Positions 8,534-17,071 of a stretch of DNA of 26,344 bases are shown here, piece by piece. The stretch is from Frankiales bacterium (lineage in GTDB: Bacteria > Actinomycetota > Actinomycetes > Mycobacteriales > SCTD01): NCBI GenBank assembly GCA_043721555.1, contig JAYSQK010000396.1:1-26344 (forward strand), written 5' to 3'. Position numbers and translations under genes: made by a program. How positions within the stretch are numbered: the first letter of the stretch is position 1; each line of letters begins with the position of its first letter. A model generated the notes under the pieces. The model was not told the DNA's origin. It was given only the letters and a program-made list of their open reading frames with translations, and made no database searches.

Positions 8534-10879
8534 TCAGTCAGCTTCCACGTCGGCGACGCCGGTGATCCGGTGGATCGAGAAGGTGCGGTCCTCTTGGCGC
8601 AGATGGTCGTACGCCGCGACGTAGCCACCCTCGACCGACCGTGGTTCGACCACCCGGCTGGTCGAGCGGCCCTGCGCGTCGACGTAGCCGAGCCAGACTT
8701 GTTGGCCGCTTCTGGCCGCCTGCTGCAGGAAGGCCAGGGTGTCGACGGTCGTCGACCGGGTGGTGGTCACCGGCGCTCTGCGGGCCGCGCGGGCAGCCAG
8801 ATCACCTGCCCGCAGGGCGATCACGCCGAGGCGCGCGGACTCGTCGCTGATCGACGGCGGCTCGCCGTGCCGACTGGGTCGTTGCCGGACCGGGGTACGC
8901 CGGGCCTCGGGCCGGGCGAGCAGTAGCGCGCCGTCCGGGGCCTCGGCGGCCGGGGCGTGGCCGAGGGCCCGCAGCACCTCCAGCACCTGGTTGACCGGGG
9001 CCTGGCTGGCCAGGACGGTCGGGGCGAGCCGGCGCAGCCGCAGCCCCTCGGCCTTCTTGGTGGCGAGCACCTCGGTGAGCAGGGCCTCGTCGTCGCACCG
9101 CAGGTAGGACGTGGCCACGCCGACCCGCAGCCGGCCGTGCCGCCGGGCGACGTCGTCGATGAGATAGGTCAGCCCCTGCGGCACCGGGGTCCGCGACCGG
9201 GTCCGGAACAACTCCTGCAGGTCGCTGGCGCTGCGGCCGAGGTCGAGGGCCCGGCGGACCGTCTGCTCGGTGACCCGGTAGACGGTGGCCCCGCCCGTCG
9301 ATTCGACGTCGGCGACGGCCGCCATTTCGCGGGCGAGGTCGCGTTCGAGCGGGCCGGGCGCGATCACGGTGAGATCGGGTTGCACCAGGACGTGGTCGAG
9401 CGGCGCGGGGAGCAGGGCGGCGAGCTGCCGGGCCGCCAGCCGGTCCTCACCCGCCAGCAGCGAGCGGGTGAACGAGGACGGGCCACCGCGGCCGGTCACC
9501 CCCAGCTGCTCGGCCTCCTCCAGGGTCCAGCCGGTCAACACATCGCGGAGCCGGCCACCGCGGCGCGGGGCCCGCCAGGTCAGCAGGCCGGCGACCGAAT
9601 CGGGGGTCGGGGCCTTGCCGGGGGGCGCCTCGATGAGCAGGTCGAGGACCCGACGTCGGTCGGTCGGGGCGGACGGCCGCTCGAGCTCCGGACCGAGGGC
9701 AGGCAGCGCCTTGTCCCGGTCGTCGCGCTCGCCGATCAGCGCGGGCAGTCGGGTCAGCTGCAACCAGGTCCGGGCCAGTACGACCCAGCGATCCTCGGCC
9801 GGGCGCGCGAGCCAGCTGTCGAAGCCTGGGGTTGGGACCCATGCCGGATCCACGCTGGGGGTCTGGTCGAGCAGCCCGGCCGCGTGGGCCAGCTCGACGA
9901 GCAAGCCCGCCGTCCGCTCGGTGACGTCGAGGTCCTTGGCGGTCCGGCGCAGGTCACGGACGCCGAGGCCACCCGAGCGCAGGACCGGCGGTGGCAGCTC
10001 GGCCCACGACTCGAGCAGCGCCTCGACCTTGCTGACCACGTCGGCGGCGGTGAGCCCGGCCGCCCGGTCGACGGCCCCCGCCCCGGGCGCCGCAGCGTCC
10101 AGTGTCGGGGCGGTCGGCCTGAGCTCGCCCAGCGGTGAGGCGCCGCGCATGGCGATGCCGACCTCGCGGGGCAGCTCGACGGTGCCGTTGTCGATGGCGA
10201 CGAGCAGGCTGTGCCCTAGCAGCCAGCGGACCGGGTTGTCGAGCTCGTCGTCGGTCACCGGGCGCATCGCGTCCCGGACCTCACCGAACGGCGGACCGGC
10301 CGACAGCGAGGTCAGGACAGCTCGCGCTGCGGGACTCGCTGTGTCGAGCAGCTGCTGCAGGCGGGCCGGGTCGGTCAGGACGTCGAGCACCTGCGCCAAC
10401 CCGCCTGGCGAGCCGAGCCGAGCCGCGACCGGCGCCAGCTGGGCGTCCCGGTGCCGCCCGAGGCAGACCGCGAGCGGTCGTCCCAGCCCGGCGGCGCTGC
10501 CCGACACGACGTCGCGGACCGGCCCGACCACGTGCAGCGCGTCGTCGTCCCCCCAGACGAGGGCGAGCTCGACGAGCTGGTCGAGGGCCTGGCGGACCTG
10601 GGTGGGCTCGGCCGACGGACCGACAAGTGTCTGGAGCCCGGCGTACGACGTGGGGCCGTCGGTGAGGCAGAGGGCGTCGAGAACCGACAGCACGAAGGCG
10701 TCGAGTTGCTCGAGCGCGCGGAGCACCGACAGCCGGACGGCGGCGCGGGCCGCGAGCACGCCGAGGTCGGGCGGGACGGGCACGGCGAGGTCCGGCCGGG
10801 CCTGCAGCAGGCGGGCCAACTGGGCGTCCGGCCAGGCGCGCAGGGCGTCCGCGAGGCTGCGGGGCACGGCGCGGTCCAT
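8534..10879 (-). CDS. XPB-associated protein with Helicase_C_3-like domain and C-terminal WYL domain (Rv0862c-like)
   Basis: N-terminus [27 protein letters not shown]; [14 protein letters not shown]...[14 protein letters not shown]; C-terminal [17 protein letters not shown]...AYDHL...RTFSIHRI (WYL-like). Start moved from 11569 to ATG 10879. Confidence 0.9.
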   Translation of the reverse strand: MDRAVPRSLADALRAWPDAQLARLLQARPDLAVPVPPDLGVLAARAAVRLSVLRALEQLDAFVLSVLDALCLTDGPTSYAGLQTLVGPSAEPTQVRQALDQLVELALVWGDDDALHVVGPVRDVVSGSAAGLGRPLAVCLGRHRDAQLAPVAARLGSPGGLAQVLDVLTDPARLQQLLDTASPAARAVLTSLSAGPPFGEVRDAMRPVTDDELDNPVRWLLGHSLLVAIDNGTVELPREVGIAMRGASPLGELRPTAPTLDAAAPGAGAVDRAAGLTAADVVSKVEALLESWAELPPPVLRSGGLGVRDLRRTAKDLDVTERTAGLLVELAHAAGLLDQTPSVDPAWVPTPGFDSWLARPAEDRWVVLARTWLQLTRLPALIGERDDRDKALPALGPELERPSAPTDRRRVLDLLIEAPPGKAPTPDSVAGLLTWRAPRRGGRLRDVLTGWTLEEAEQLGVTGRGGPSSFTRSLLAGEDRLAARQLAALLPAPLDHVLVQPDLTVIAPGPLERDLAREMAAVADVESTGGATVYRVTEQTVRRALDLGRSASDLQELFRTRSRTPVPQGLTYLIDDVARRHGRLRVGVATSYLRCDDEALLTEVLATKKAEGLRLRRLAPTVLASQAPVNQVLEVLRALGHAPAAEAPDGALLLARPEARRTPVRQRPSRHGEPPSISDESARLGVIALRAGDLAARAARRAPVTTTRSTTVDTLAFLQQAARSGQQVWLGYVDAQGRSTSRVVEPRSVEGGYVAAYDHLRQEDRTFSIHRITGVADVEAD

Positions 10880-10886
10880 CCGGACG

Positions 10887-10892
10887 AGGCTA
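10887..10892 (-). promoter_or_regulatory. -10 box (TAGCCT) of a leaderless transcript for the Rv0862c-like/xpb operon
   Basis: TANNNT hexamer 7 nt before ATG 10879; no SD. Confidence 0.6.
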
Positions 10893-10973
10893 GTCGCCGG
10901 TGCGCGCGGCCGCGGTCCGGGAACGTCGGGGCGATGACCGCCGACGAGGGCCGGCGACGCAGCCAACGGTGCT

Positions 10974-10998
10974 GGCTGAGATCCGCGCGAACTCAGCC
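10974..10998 (-). terminator. Possible hairpin terminator after the lipoprotein gene
   Basis: GGCTGAG (10974-10980) pairs with CTCAGCC (10992-10998) and overlaps the stop codon. No U-tract. Confidence 0.3.
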
Positions 10999-12108
10999 GT
11001 TGAGTGATACCGCCGCACCGACCCCGCTGAACTGGCTGACGAACTGGTCGATCAGGGCGCCGACGTCGAACGACGAGATGTTGGTGGGGGCGCTCACCGG
11101 CGCCGCCGAGTCGTCGAGCTGGAGCACGATGGCACTGCTGCCGAACGGCGGAACCGACGTCGACGGATGGGCGTCGAGGGCGGCGAGGCCGGCGAACGGC
11201 ACCGAGAGCTTCGTGTAGTGACCCCGGGTGATGGTCAGCGTCGCGGACAGCGTCTTGGCGCTGACGTCCTTCAGCGCGTCGCCCTTGGGGATGAGGCCGG
11301 CGGGCAGTCCGAGCGTCGCCGCGTCGCTGGAAAGGACGCCCAGGACCGCGGTGAGGGCCTGCTTGACCTTGATGTCGATCGAGACGTTGCGGCTTCCACC
11401 CGTCGCGCCGAGGTCGGTCAGCCCGATGTTGGGCTTGATCGCCGCCTGCAGGTCCCTGCCGAGCTTGGCGTAGCCGCGGGCCTTGGCCGGGTCGGGTGCC
11501 GCCCCACCGCCTGCCTTGGCGAGCTTCTGCAACTGCTCGACGTAGCTGGCGATCGGGACCTTGAGCCACTTCCCGGCTTTGAGGTCGTCGGCGCCCTGCT
11601 TGAGCTGCGGCGGCACGCTGGTGAGGAAGGTGTCGACCTGCGCGCCAGCTCCCGGACCGCCGAGGTCGGCGGCTTTCTTGACCGCCGTGATGTCGGAGGT
11701 GGCGTAGAGGATCCCGTCGACGAGCCGGATCTCGGCGAGCTTGCCGCCCAGACCGCTGACGTTCAGGTCGAAGTTGCTCTGCTTGACCTGCTGGCTGAGC
11801 GGCTCGTTGGGGTCACCCTTGGCGAACAACGTCCGGCCGCCATTGGCGCTCACCGTGAAGCTGATCGTCGCGCCGATCACCGCCGCGGCCTGGGCCGCGG
11901 TGGTGCTGCTGTCGCCCGACCGGATCGCCTTGGCCAGCTTGCCGTCGGGGTCGCTGAAGCCCAGCGTCACCGACAGCGACTTCGCGGCTTGCAGCGAGGA
12001 TTTGGCGTGCGCGTTGTCGGCTCGCAGACTGCCGGCGGCACCGCACCCGGCCACGGCGATCGCGCCCGTGACCGCGAGGGCGAGCAGGCTCGTGGTCGTG
12101 CGCTTCAC
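10993..12108 (-). CDS. Putative lipoprotein of unknown function
   Basis: GTG 12108 with SD GGGAG. Signal peptide [22 protein letters not shown] with lipobox VAGC; 371 aa; beta-rich mature part. Confidence 0.8.
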   Translation of the reverse strand: MKRTTTSLLALAVTGAIAVAGCGAAGSLRADNAHAKSSLQAAKSLSVTLGFSDPDGKLAKAIRSGDSSTTAAQAAAVIGATISFTVSANGGRTLFAKGDPNEPLSQQVKQSNFDLNVSGLGGKLAEIRLVDGILYATSDITAVKKAADLGGPGAGAQVDTFLTSVPPQLKQGADDLKAGKWLKVPIASYVEQLQKLAKAGGGAAPDPAKARGYAKLGRDLQAAIKPNIGLTDLGATGGSRNVSIDIKVKQALTAVLGVLSSDAATLGLPAGLIPKGDALKDVSAKTLSATLTITRGHYTKLSVPFAGLAALDAHPSTSVPPFGSSAIVLQLDDSAAPVSAPTNISSFDVGALIDQFVSQFSGVGAAVSLNG

Positions 12109-12238
12109 GGTGTTCTCCCGGGGGGCTGAGGTGATCCCGGTGGATCCCGAGGCCGTCAGCGTAGGACCAGCGACCGGCCGGCCGGGACGTTTTCCACAAG
12201 CTGATCCGGCTTCCGGTGACCTCCGGCCGCGGCGAACC

Positions 12239-12260
12239 TGTCGGACGTGCTGGCTAGCGT
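12239..12260 (+). promoter_or_regulatory. PafBC-type (RecA-NDp-like) DNA-damage promoter
   Basis: TGTCGG-ACGTGCTGGC-TA-GCG-T matches TGTCGG-N10-TA-N3-T exactly, about 50 nt upstream of ATG 12309. Confidence 0.65.
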
Positions 12261-12308
12261 CAGCGCGGCAGGAGGCAGCCGCCTCGTGACCGACCCCGGG
12301 AGCTCGCC

Positions 12309-12908
12309 ATGACACCGACCGCCACCTTCGTCCTCGCCGACCGCGCCCTCGACCGCGTGGTGCAGCAGGTGCGTGACGACCAGTGGGACACCGTCCTGCC
12401 GGCCTCCTTCGCGCGGCAGGGCGCGCCCGACCAGCCGGTGACCCTGCGGCAGGTGCTCGGCTACCACGCCTACGACGAGGCGTGGATGCCCGACATGCTC
12501 GCGGGCCGCACGATGGACCAGGTCGGCGCCACGGCTTATGACGGCGACCTGCTCGGCGACGACCCGCGGGCCGCCTTCCACGCGCTCGTCGAGCGGGGCG
12601 TGGCGGCGGCGCAGGAGCTGACCGACCTCGACCGCGTCCTGCACTTTTCCTACGGCGACTTCCCGGCGCGCGAGGCGCTCTGGCACGTCATCTCGTTCCG
12701 GGGCCTGCGTGCCGTCGACCTGGCGCGGGTGATCGAGGTCGACGAGACGCTCGACCCCGACCTCGTGCTGGCCATGTGGGAGGAGTTCCTCCCCCAGGCC
12801 GAGGCGTGGCGGGCCATGGGGGTGTTCGGCCCCGCTGTCCAGGTCGCGCCCGACGCCCCGCTGCAGGAGCGGCTGCTGGGGCTGACCGGGCGCGAGCCGC
12901 GGGCCTGA
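12309..12908 (+). CDS. TIGR03086-like DinB/YfiT-superfamily (MDMPI-like) protein
   Basis: VRDDQWD...TLRQVLGYHAYDEAW.PD.LAG...GDLLGDDP...FSYG...DLA...GVFGP.V.V.PDAPLQERLLGLTGR. SD GGGAG. Confidence 0.85.
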   Translation: MTPTATFVLADRALDRVVQQVRDDQWDTVLPASFARQGAPDQPVTLRQVLGYHAYDEAWMPDMLAGRTMDQVGATAYDGDLLGDDPRAAFHALVERGVAAAQELTDLDRVLHFSYGDFPAREALWHVISFRGLRAVDLARVIEVDETLDPDLVLAMWEEFLPQAEAWRAMGVFGPAVQVAPDAPLQERLLGLTGREPRA

Positions 12909-12947
12909 CCTCGACCGGGTCAGCCCACCGACGTGAGGCGGTGCTGT

Positions 12948-14192
12948 TCACACCGCCGCGTGGACGGGCGGGTCCGCCGGGTCGGGCAGGTCGTCGAGGC
13001 GGGCGAGCGCGCGGGTGGAGCGCGGCAGCAGCGCCAGGGCCATCGCCGCGGCGCCGACCAGGCCGCCGCTCAGCAGCAGCCGACGCTCGCCGACCAGGGC
13101 GCCGAGCGGGCCGGCCAGCAGGTAGCCCAGCGGGAGCAGCGCCAGCGAGCCCATCCAGTCCCAGGCTGACACCCGGGACAGCAGGTGCGGCGGGATGCGC
13201 TGCGCGAGCGCGGTCTCCCACCACACGATGAACAGCCCGATGCCGAGCCCGGCGGCCGACATCACCGGGAACAGGACCGGCAGCGGAGCGCCGACGGCGT
13301 ACACGGACAGGCTCAGCGGCCACGGCACCGCGGCGAGCAGGGCGGCGCGCATCGGCCGCTCCGGGCGCCAGCGGGAGCCGACGAGCGCGCCGGACACGGT
13401 CCCGACCCCCCAGGCCGCGTTGGCAAGTCCGTAGACCGCGGACGTGCCGTAGGCGTCCTGCGCGAGCGCGGCGCCGAGCACGAAGAACGGCGCCAGCGCA
13501 ACCAGCAGCGCCACCGAGAAGGCCAGCACGGTCGCCCAGACCCAGGCCCGCTCGCGGACGGCGACCCAGCCCGCGCGCAGGTCCTGCAGGACGCTGGCCG
13601 GCGGGGCCGGCTCGCCCCGCTCACGCGGCCGCAGCCGCAGCAGCAGCAGCGCCGAGACCACGAAGCTCAGCGCGTCGAGGGCGAAGGCCGCCGAGGCCCC
13701 GACGCCGAGCACCAGCGCCGTCGCCAGGGCCGGGCTCGCCACCTCGGAGATCTCCGCCGACACGCCGGACACGGCCTGGGCGTCCTGGATGCGGTCCTCG
13801 CCGACGGTCTGCGGGACCAGCCCGGTGTAGGCCGGCCGGAAGAAGGCCTCGGCCGTGCCGAACACCATGCCGATGATGACCATCTGCCAGATCCGCACCG
13901 TGCCCGTGAGGATCAGCGCCGCCAGCACGGCGTGCAGCACGGCCCGGACCGCGTCGCTGACCACCATCACCCGCTGGCGCGGCAGCCGATCGGCGACCAC
14001 CCCGCCGAGGAGCACGAACGCAACGAGCGGCACGGCGTAGGCGGCGAGCACCAGGCCGACGTCGGCCGGATTGCCCGTCAACCGGGTGATGAACAACCCG
14101 ATCGCGACCACGACCAGACCGTCGCCGAGCAGGCTGATGCTCTGCCCGAGCCACAGCAGTCGGAACTCGCGCAGACGCAGGACGGAGAACAC
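12948..14192 (-). CDS. MFS transporter
   Basis: REFRLLWLGQSISLLGDGL, MFS motif A GGVVADRLPRQRVM, about 12 hydrophobic segments. Start moved to GTG 14192. Confidence 0.9.
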   Translation of the reverse strand: MFSVLRLREFRLLWLGQSISLLGDGLVVVAIGLFITRLTGNPADVGLVLAAYAVPLVAFVLLGGVVADRLPRQRVMVVSDAVRAVLHAVLAALILTGTVRIWQMVIIGMVFGTAEAFFRPAYTGLVPQTVGEDRIQDAQAVSGVSAEISEVASPALATALVLGVGASAAFALDALSFVVSALLLLRLRPRERGEPAPPASVLQDLRAGWVAVRERAWVWATVLAFSVALLVALAPFFVLGAALAQDAYGTSAVYGLANAAWGVGTVSGALVGSRWRPERPMRAALLAAVPWPLSLSVYAVGAPLPVLFPVMSAAGLGIGLFIVWWETALAQRIPPHLLSRVSAWDWMGSLALLPLGYLLAGPLGALVGERRLLLSGGLVGAAAMALALLPRSTRALARLDDLPDPADPPVHAAV

Positions 14193-14199
14193 GACACCC

Positions 14200-14205
14200 A
14201 GTCTG
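14200..14205 (-). promoter_or_regulatory. Putative -10 box (CAGACT) of a leaderless MFS transcript
   Basis: CANNNT hexamer 7 nt before GTG 14192. Confidence 0.5.
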
Positions 14206-14393
14206 ACAACCGGGTACGACGGGTTTTCCCGTGCCCAGTTCACCTCCCGGCCGGCCAGTGGCGGTTGCCGGCTCGAGGCCGGCGCCGCCGGCCGGGTCTT
14301 GCTCCACGAGGCCACCCCGCCGCGCCAGCCGCCCAGGTGTTCCCGCCGCGCCAACGCTGCTCGCCGAAACTGGCTCCCTGCCCCCCGTCCTGA

Positions 14394-14456
14394 TGATCCA
14401 CGGAAGGTCGGGCACGTGATTTGGCTCCCTACAGGTGCCCAACCGTCCGTGGATCA
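14394..14456. repeat. Long inverted repeat (22-bp arms, 2 mismatches)
   Basis: TGATCCACGGAAGGTCGGGCAC (14394-14415) pairs with GTGCCCAACCGTCCGTGGATCA (14435-14456). Confidence 0.85.
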
Positions 14457-14508
14457 CCTGCCTGGGCAGCCACGCCGGTGCCGCCCCGGGCGGCGGCTAC
14501 TCGGGACT

Positions 14509-14611
14509 GCGACCACAACAGCAGGGAAGCGGAGTCAAGCGACGCCCGGGCCACGCTCGGCGGGCGGTAGAGCCAAGCGGATCGGTGCGCCTTCCCTGCT
14601 GTTCTGGTCGC
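14509..14611. repeat. Long-range inverted repeat (21-bp arms, 1 mismatch) enclosing 61 nt with an inner hairpin
   Basis: GCGACCACAACAGCAGGGAAG (14509-14529) pairs with CTTCCCTGCTGTTCTGGTCGC (14591-14611). Inner CGCCCG/CGGGCG pair. Confidence 0.85.
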
Positions 14612-14659
14612 GCCGCCCCGCTACCCGCGTCCCGGCAGCGGTCGATCGCGGGCTCGACC

Positions 14660-14665
14660 TACGCT
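14660..14665 (+). promoter_or_regulatory. -10 box (TACGCT) of a leaderless HAD-LarE transcript
   Basis: TANNNT hexamer 6 nt before GTG 14672. Confidence 0.6.
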
Positions 14666-14671
14666 GCGGGG

Positions 14672-16105
14672 GTGGATCTCGCCGTCGGCTTCGACCTCGA
14701 CATGACGCTGGTCGACCCCCGGCCAGGCGTCATCGCTGTCGCGGCGGTCCTCGCCGAAGAAGAGGGCGTGGCCATCGACGGGGCCCTTTGGGCCAGTCGG
14801 CTCGGGCCGCCGCTCGAGCACGAGCTGGCGCACTGGGTGGCGCCCGACCGCGTCGAGCCGGTCGCTCACCGCTACCGCGAGCTGATGGCGCAATTCGGCG
14901 TCCAGCGGACCGTGGCCCGCAAGGGTGCCCGTGAAGCTGTCGACGCTGTACGCGCGACCGGCACCCGGGTCGCCGTGGTCACCGCCGAGCAGGAGGCGCT
15001 GGCTCGGCAGACGCTGGCCCAGGTCGGGATCGAGGTCGACGCCGTCGTCGGCGGGGTCTGGGGCGCGGGCAAAGACGCCGTCCTCCGCGAGCTCGGCGCG
15101 GTCGTCTACGTCGGCGACCATCCGTACGACGTCCTTGCTGCCCGGGCGGCCGGTGCGCTCAGCGTCGGGGTGGGCACCGGTGGCGCCGAGCCGGTTGGCG
15201 CCGACGTCGTGATCGACGACCTGACCGGCTTCCCGGCCTGGTGGTCAGACCAGCTGCTGACGCTGCGGCTCGGCGTACTCGAGGTCCGGCTGCGCGAGCT
15301 CGGGAGCGTGCTGGTGGCGTTCTCCGGTGGCGCTGACAGCGCGTTCCTGCTGGCCGCGGCGGTCCGGGCCCTCGGCGCTGGGCAGGTCGTGGCCGCGACT
15401 GCTGTCAGTCCCTCGCTGGCCGCCACCGAGCTGCCACCGGCGGCTGCGTTTGCTGCCTCCCTCGGCGTCCGGCATCTCACGCCCGGCACCGACGAGCTCT
15501 CCCGGGAGGGCTATGTCGCCAACGGCGCCGACCGGTGCTTCCACTGCAAGGCCACCCTGCTCGACACGCTCCGGCCGCTCGCCCACGGCCTCGGCCTCGC
15601 GGCCGTGGCGACCGGTACCAACGCCGACGACGCCGTCGCGGGCTTCCGGCCAGGTATCCGTGCGGCCGCCGAACGGGCGGCAGTCACCCCACTGCTGGAC
15701 GCCGGGCTCACCAAAGCCCAGGTGCGCGAGGCGTCCCGCCAGTGGGGATTGGTCACCGCCGACAAGCCGGCGCTCGCCTGCCTCGCCAGTCGCATTGCGT
15801 ACGGCGTGCAGGTCACTCCCACCCGGCTGGCCAGGGTGGACCGGGCCGAGACACGCTTACGGGAGTTGCTGGCGCCGACTGACGTCCGGGTGCGTGACCT
15901 GGGCGACGCCCGGGCGAGGGTCGAGCTCGACCCCGAGGCGCTCGGCCGGTGGGATGCGGCGGCCCGGGACGCCGTACGCGCCGAAGGGTTCGAGCAGGTC
16001 GAGGCGGGGGTGTTCCGCAGCGGGTCGCTGAACGATCTACTCGTGCGAGCGGGCGCTGCGGAACAGCCCGAGCAGGGCCAACCCGAAGCCGATCGGCAGC
16101 AGTAG
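14672..16105 (+). CDS. larE: Fusion protein: N-terminal HAD-superfamily phosphatase plus C-terminal LarE-family PP-loop sulfur insertase
   Basis: HAD motifs: FDLDMTLVD (I), VVT (II), GK (III), YVGDHPYD (IV). LarE motifs: [10 protein letters not shown]-loop, [52 protein letters not shown]. Single uninterrupted frame, 477 aa. Confidence 0.88.
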   Translation: MDLAVGFDLDMTLVDPRPGVIAVAAVLAEEEGVAIDGALWASRLGPPLEHELAHWVAPDRVEPVAHRYRELMAQFGVQRTVARKGAREAVDAVRATGTRVAVVTAEQEALARQTLAQVGIEVDAVVGGVWGAGKDAVLRELGAVVYVGDHPYDVLAARAAGALSVGVGTGGAEPVGADVVIDDLTGFPAWWSDQLLTLRLGVLEVRLRELGSVLVAFSGGADSAFLLAAAVRALGAGQVVAATAVSPSLAATELPPAAAFAASLGVRHLTPGTDELSREGYVANGADRCFHCKATLLDTLRPLAHGLGLAAVATGTNADDAVAGFRPGIRAAAERAAVTPLLDAGLTKAQVREASRQWGLVTADKPALACLASRIAYGVQVTPTRLARVDRAETRLRELLAPTDVRVRDLGDARARVELDPEALGRWDAAARDAVRAEGFEQVEAGVFRSGSLNDLLVRAGAAEQPEQGQPEADRQQ

Positions 16106-16270
16106 GGCCAAGAGGTCGAGCCCGGCAGGGGCGTCTCGCCGGGTGCCCGCCAGAAACGGCACGAGGATTGCCAGGATGCCGATGACACCCACGGCGAAGA
16201 TGCCCGCACCGAGGCGCACGAGCAGGTCGCCGGAGCGCCGCTCACGGGGAGCGGCGTGTCGGGCGGTCAC
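16037..16270 (-). CDS. Small two-TM membrane protein (positional equivalent of Rv0870c)
   Basis: [26 protein letters not shown]...[21 protein letters not shown]; divergent from the cold-shock gene. GTG 16270 lies 7 nt after TAATCT. Confidence 0.75.
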   Translation of the reverse strand: MTARHAAPRERRSGDLLVRLGAGIFAVGVIGILAILVPFLAGTRRDAPAGLDLLALLLPIGFGLALLGLFRSARSHE

Positions 16271-16276
16271 ACGGCC

Positions 16277-16283
16277 TAGATTA
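16277..16283. promoter_or_regulatory. Overlapping divergent -10 boxes
   Basis: TAGATT on + (16277-16282) for the cold-shock gene; TAATCT on - (16278-16283) for the membrane protein. Confidence 0.6.
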
Positions 16284-16310
16284 GTGGTCCCACGAGCGAG
16301 AGAAGGCCCC

Positions 16311-16694
16311 GTGCCCACCGGCAAGGTCAAGTTCTACGACAAAGACAAGGGCTTCGGCTTCGTCGCGCGCGACGACGGCGGTGACGTCTTCGTCCCGAAG
16401 GCTGCGCTGCCCGAAGGTGTCGAAGAGCTCAAAGCCGGAACCCGTCTGGAGTTCGGCGTCGCGGCCGGCAAACGCGGCGAGCAGGCGCTGTCGGTGCGGG
16501 TCCTCGACGCCCCGCCGACGCTGGCTGCGGCCCGCCGCCCGGCCGAGGACCTGCAGCTGATGGTCGAGGACATGATCAAACTGCTGGAGGCCAAGGTGCA
16601 GCCGTCGCTGCGCCGGGGCAAGCACCCCGATCGCGACACCGGCAAGCGGGTCGCGCAGATCCTGCGCGCGATCGCCGACGAGCTCGAAGGCTGA
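16311..16694 (+). CDS. cspB: Cold-shock domain protein with helical C-terminal extension (CspB/Rv0871 type)
   Basis: [18 protein letters not shown] (RNP1)...GGDVFV (RNP2)...LEFGV..GKRGEQA, then ...[11 protein letters not shown]-like GAGAAGG before GTG 16311. Confidence 0.9.
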   Translation: MPTGKVKFYDKDKGFGFVARDDGGDVFVPKAALPEGVEELKAGTRLEFGVAAGKRGEQALSVRVLDAPPTLAAARRPAEDLQLMVEDMIKLLEAKVQPSLRRGKHPDRDTGKRVAQILRAIADELEG

Positions 16695-16714
16695 GTCCTC
16701 GTCCTTTGCCGGCT

Positions 16715-16870
16715 GGGGGTCATCGTCCGGTTGTGGGAGCGGCTGAGCCAGCGTTGTTGGTGGTGGTAGAGCAGGACGAGGTTGTCGAGGTTTGGCGGGG
16801 GCTGTTGGCCCACGCTGATGGCCGTCGGTGCTCCGCCCGGGGTCCGGCAGGCGCTCGCCGCGGCGTACGC
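16715..16870 (-). pseudogene. Degenerate HNH endonuclease fragment (DUF222/13E12-type C-terminus)
   Basis: The minus frame reads SACRTPGG...PPNLDNLVLLYHHQQRWLSRSHNRTMTP, against the family pattern GCxFPGC...GGPTxLxNLVLLCxxHHxxxH. The Zn/catalytic Cys and His are substituted. Confidence 0.55.
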
Positions 16871-16872
16871 AG

Positions 16873-17061
16873 CCGTGGGGTATCTCGGTCTCGTTTCCAC
16901 TGACGCGGTCTGCGACGACCGTCACGGGACAGCCCTCGTCGTTTCTCGACATCCCCTGGCTGCTGGTGCTGTACGTCGTGCTGGGCGTCCCGTTGCTCGC
17001 GGCGCTCGGCGCTGCCTGCCTGACCCGGTCCCGCCTGCCGCTGACGGTCCGCACCGAGTAA
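16873..17061 (+). pseudogene. 3' remnant of an FtsX-like ABC permease
   Basis: GISVSFPLT...FLDIPWLLVLYVVLGVPLLAALGAACLTRSRLPLTVRTE* matches the last-TM/xRSRLP terminus I recall from actinobacterial FtsX-family permeases. The rest of the gene is absent. Confidence 0.65.
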
Positions 17062-17071
17062 GGCGTCGCGA

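Noticed and set aside
8534-11569. 1011-aa version of the helicase-associated protein
   Set aside because: The first 230 codons are Arg/Pro/Gly-rich and overlap the lipoprotein gene. Similarity and a -10 box start at ATG 10879.
12190-12198. DnaA-box-like TTTTCCACA
   Set aside because: A single isolated 9-mer with no cluster or AT-rich unwinding region. Not evidence of an origin; a regulatory role is unsupported.
14260-14295. tRNA T-arm-like GCCGG-CTCGAGG-CCGGC
   Set aside because: The loop is not TTCRA, and there is no matching acceptor 5' strand, D arm or anticodon arm. It is a GC-rich hairpin.
14260-14330. Frame LEAGAAGRVLLHEATP resembling a response-regulator receiver fragment
   Set aside because: Too short and weak, with no flanking receiver motifs.
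14316-14353. 12-bp direct repeat CCCGCCGCGCCA at 26-nt spacing
   Set aside because: Nearly all G/C, plausibly chance at this composition, and no associated feature.
14435-14671. N-terminal extension of HAD-LarE in the ORF track
   Set aside because: It runs through two palindromic elements and is low-complexity. HAD motif I and a -10 box place the start at 14672.
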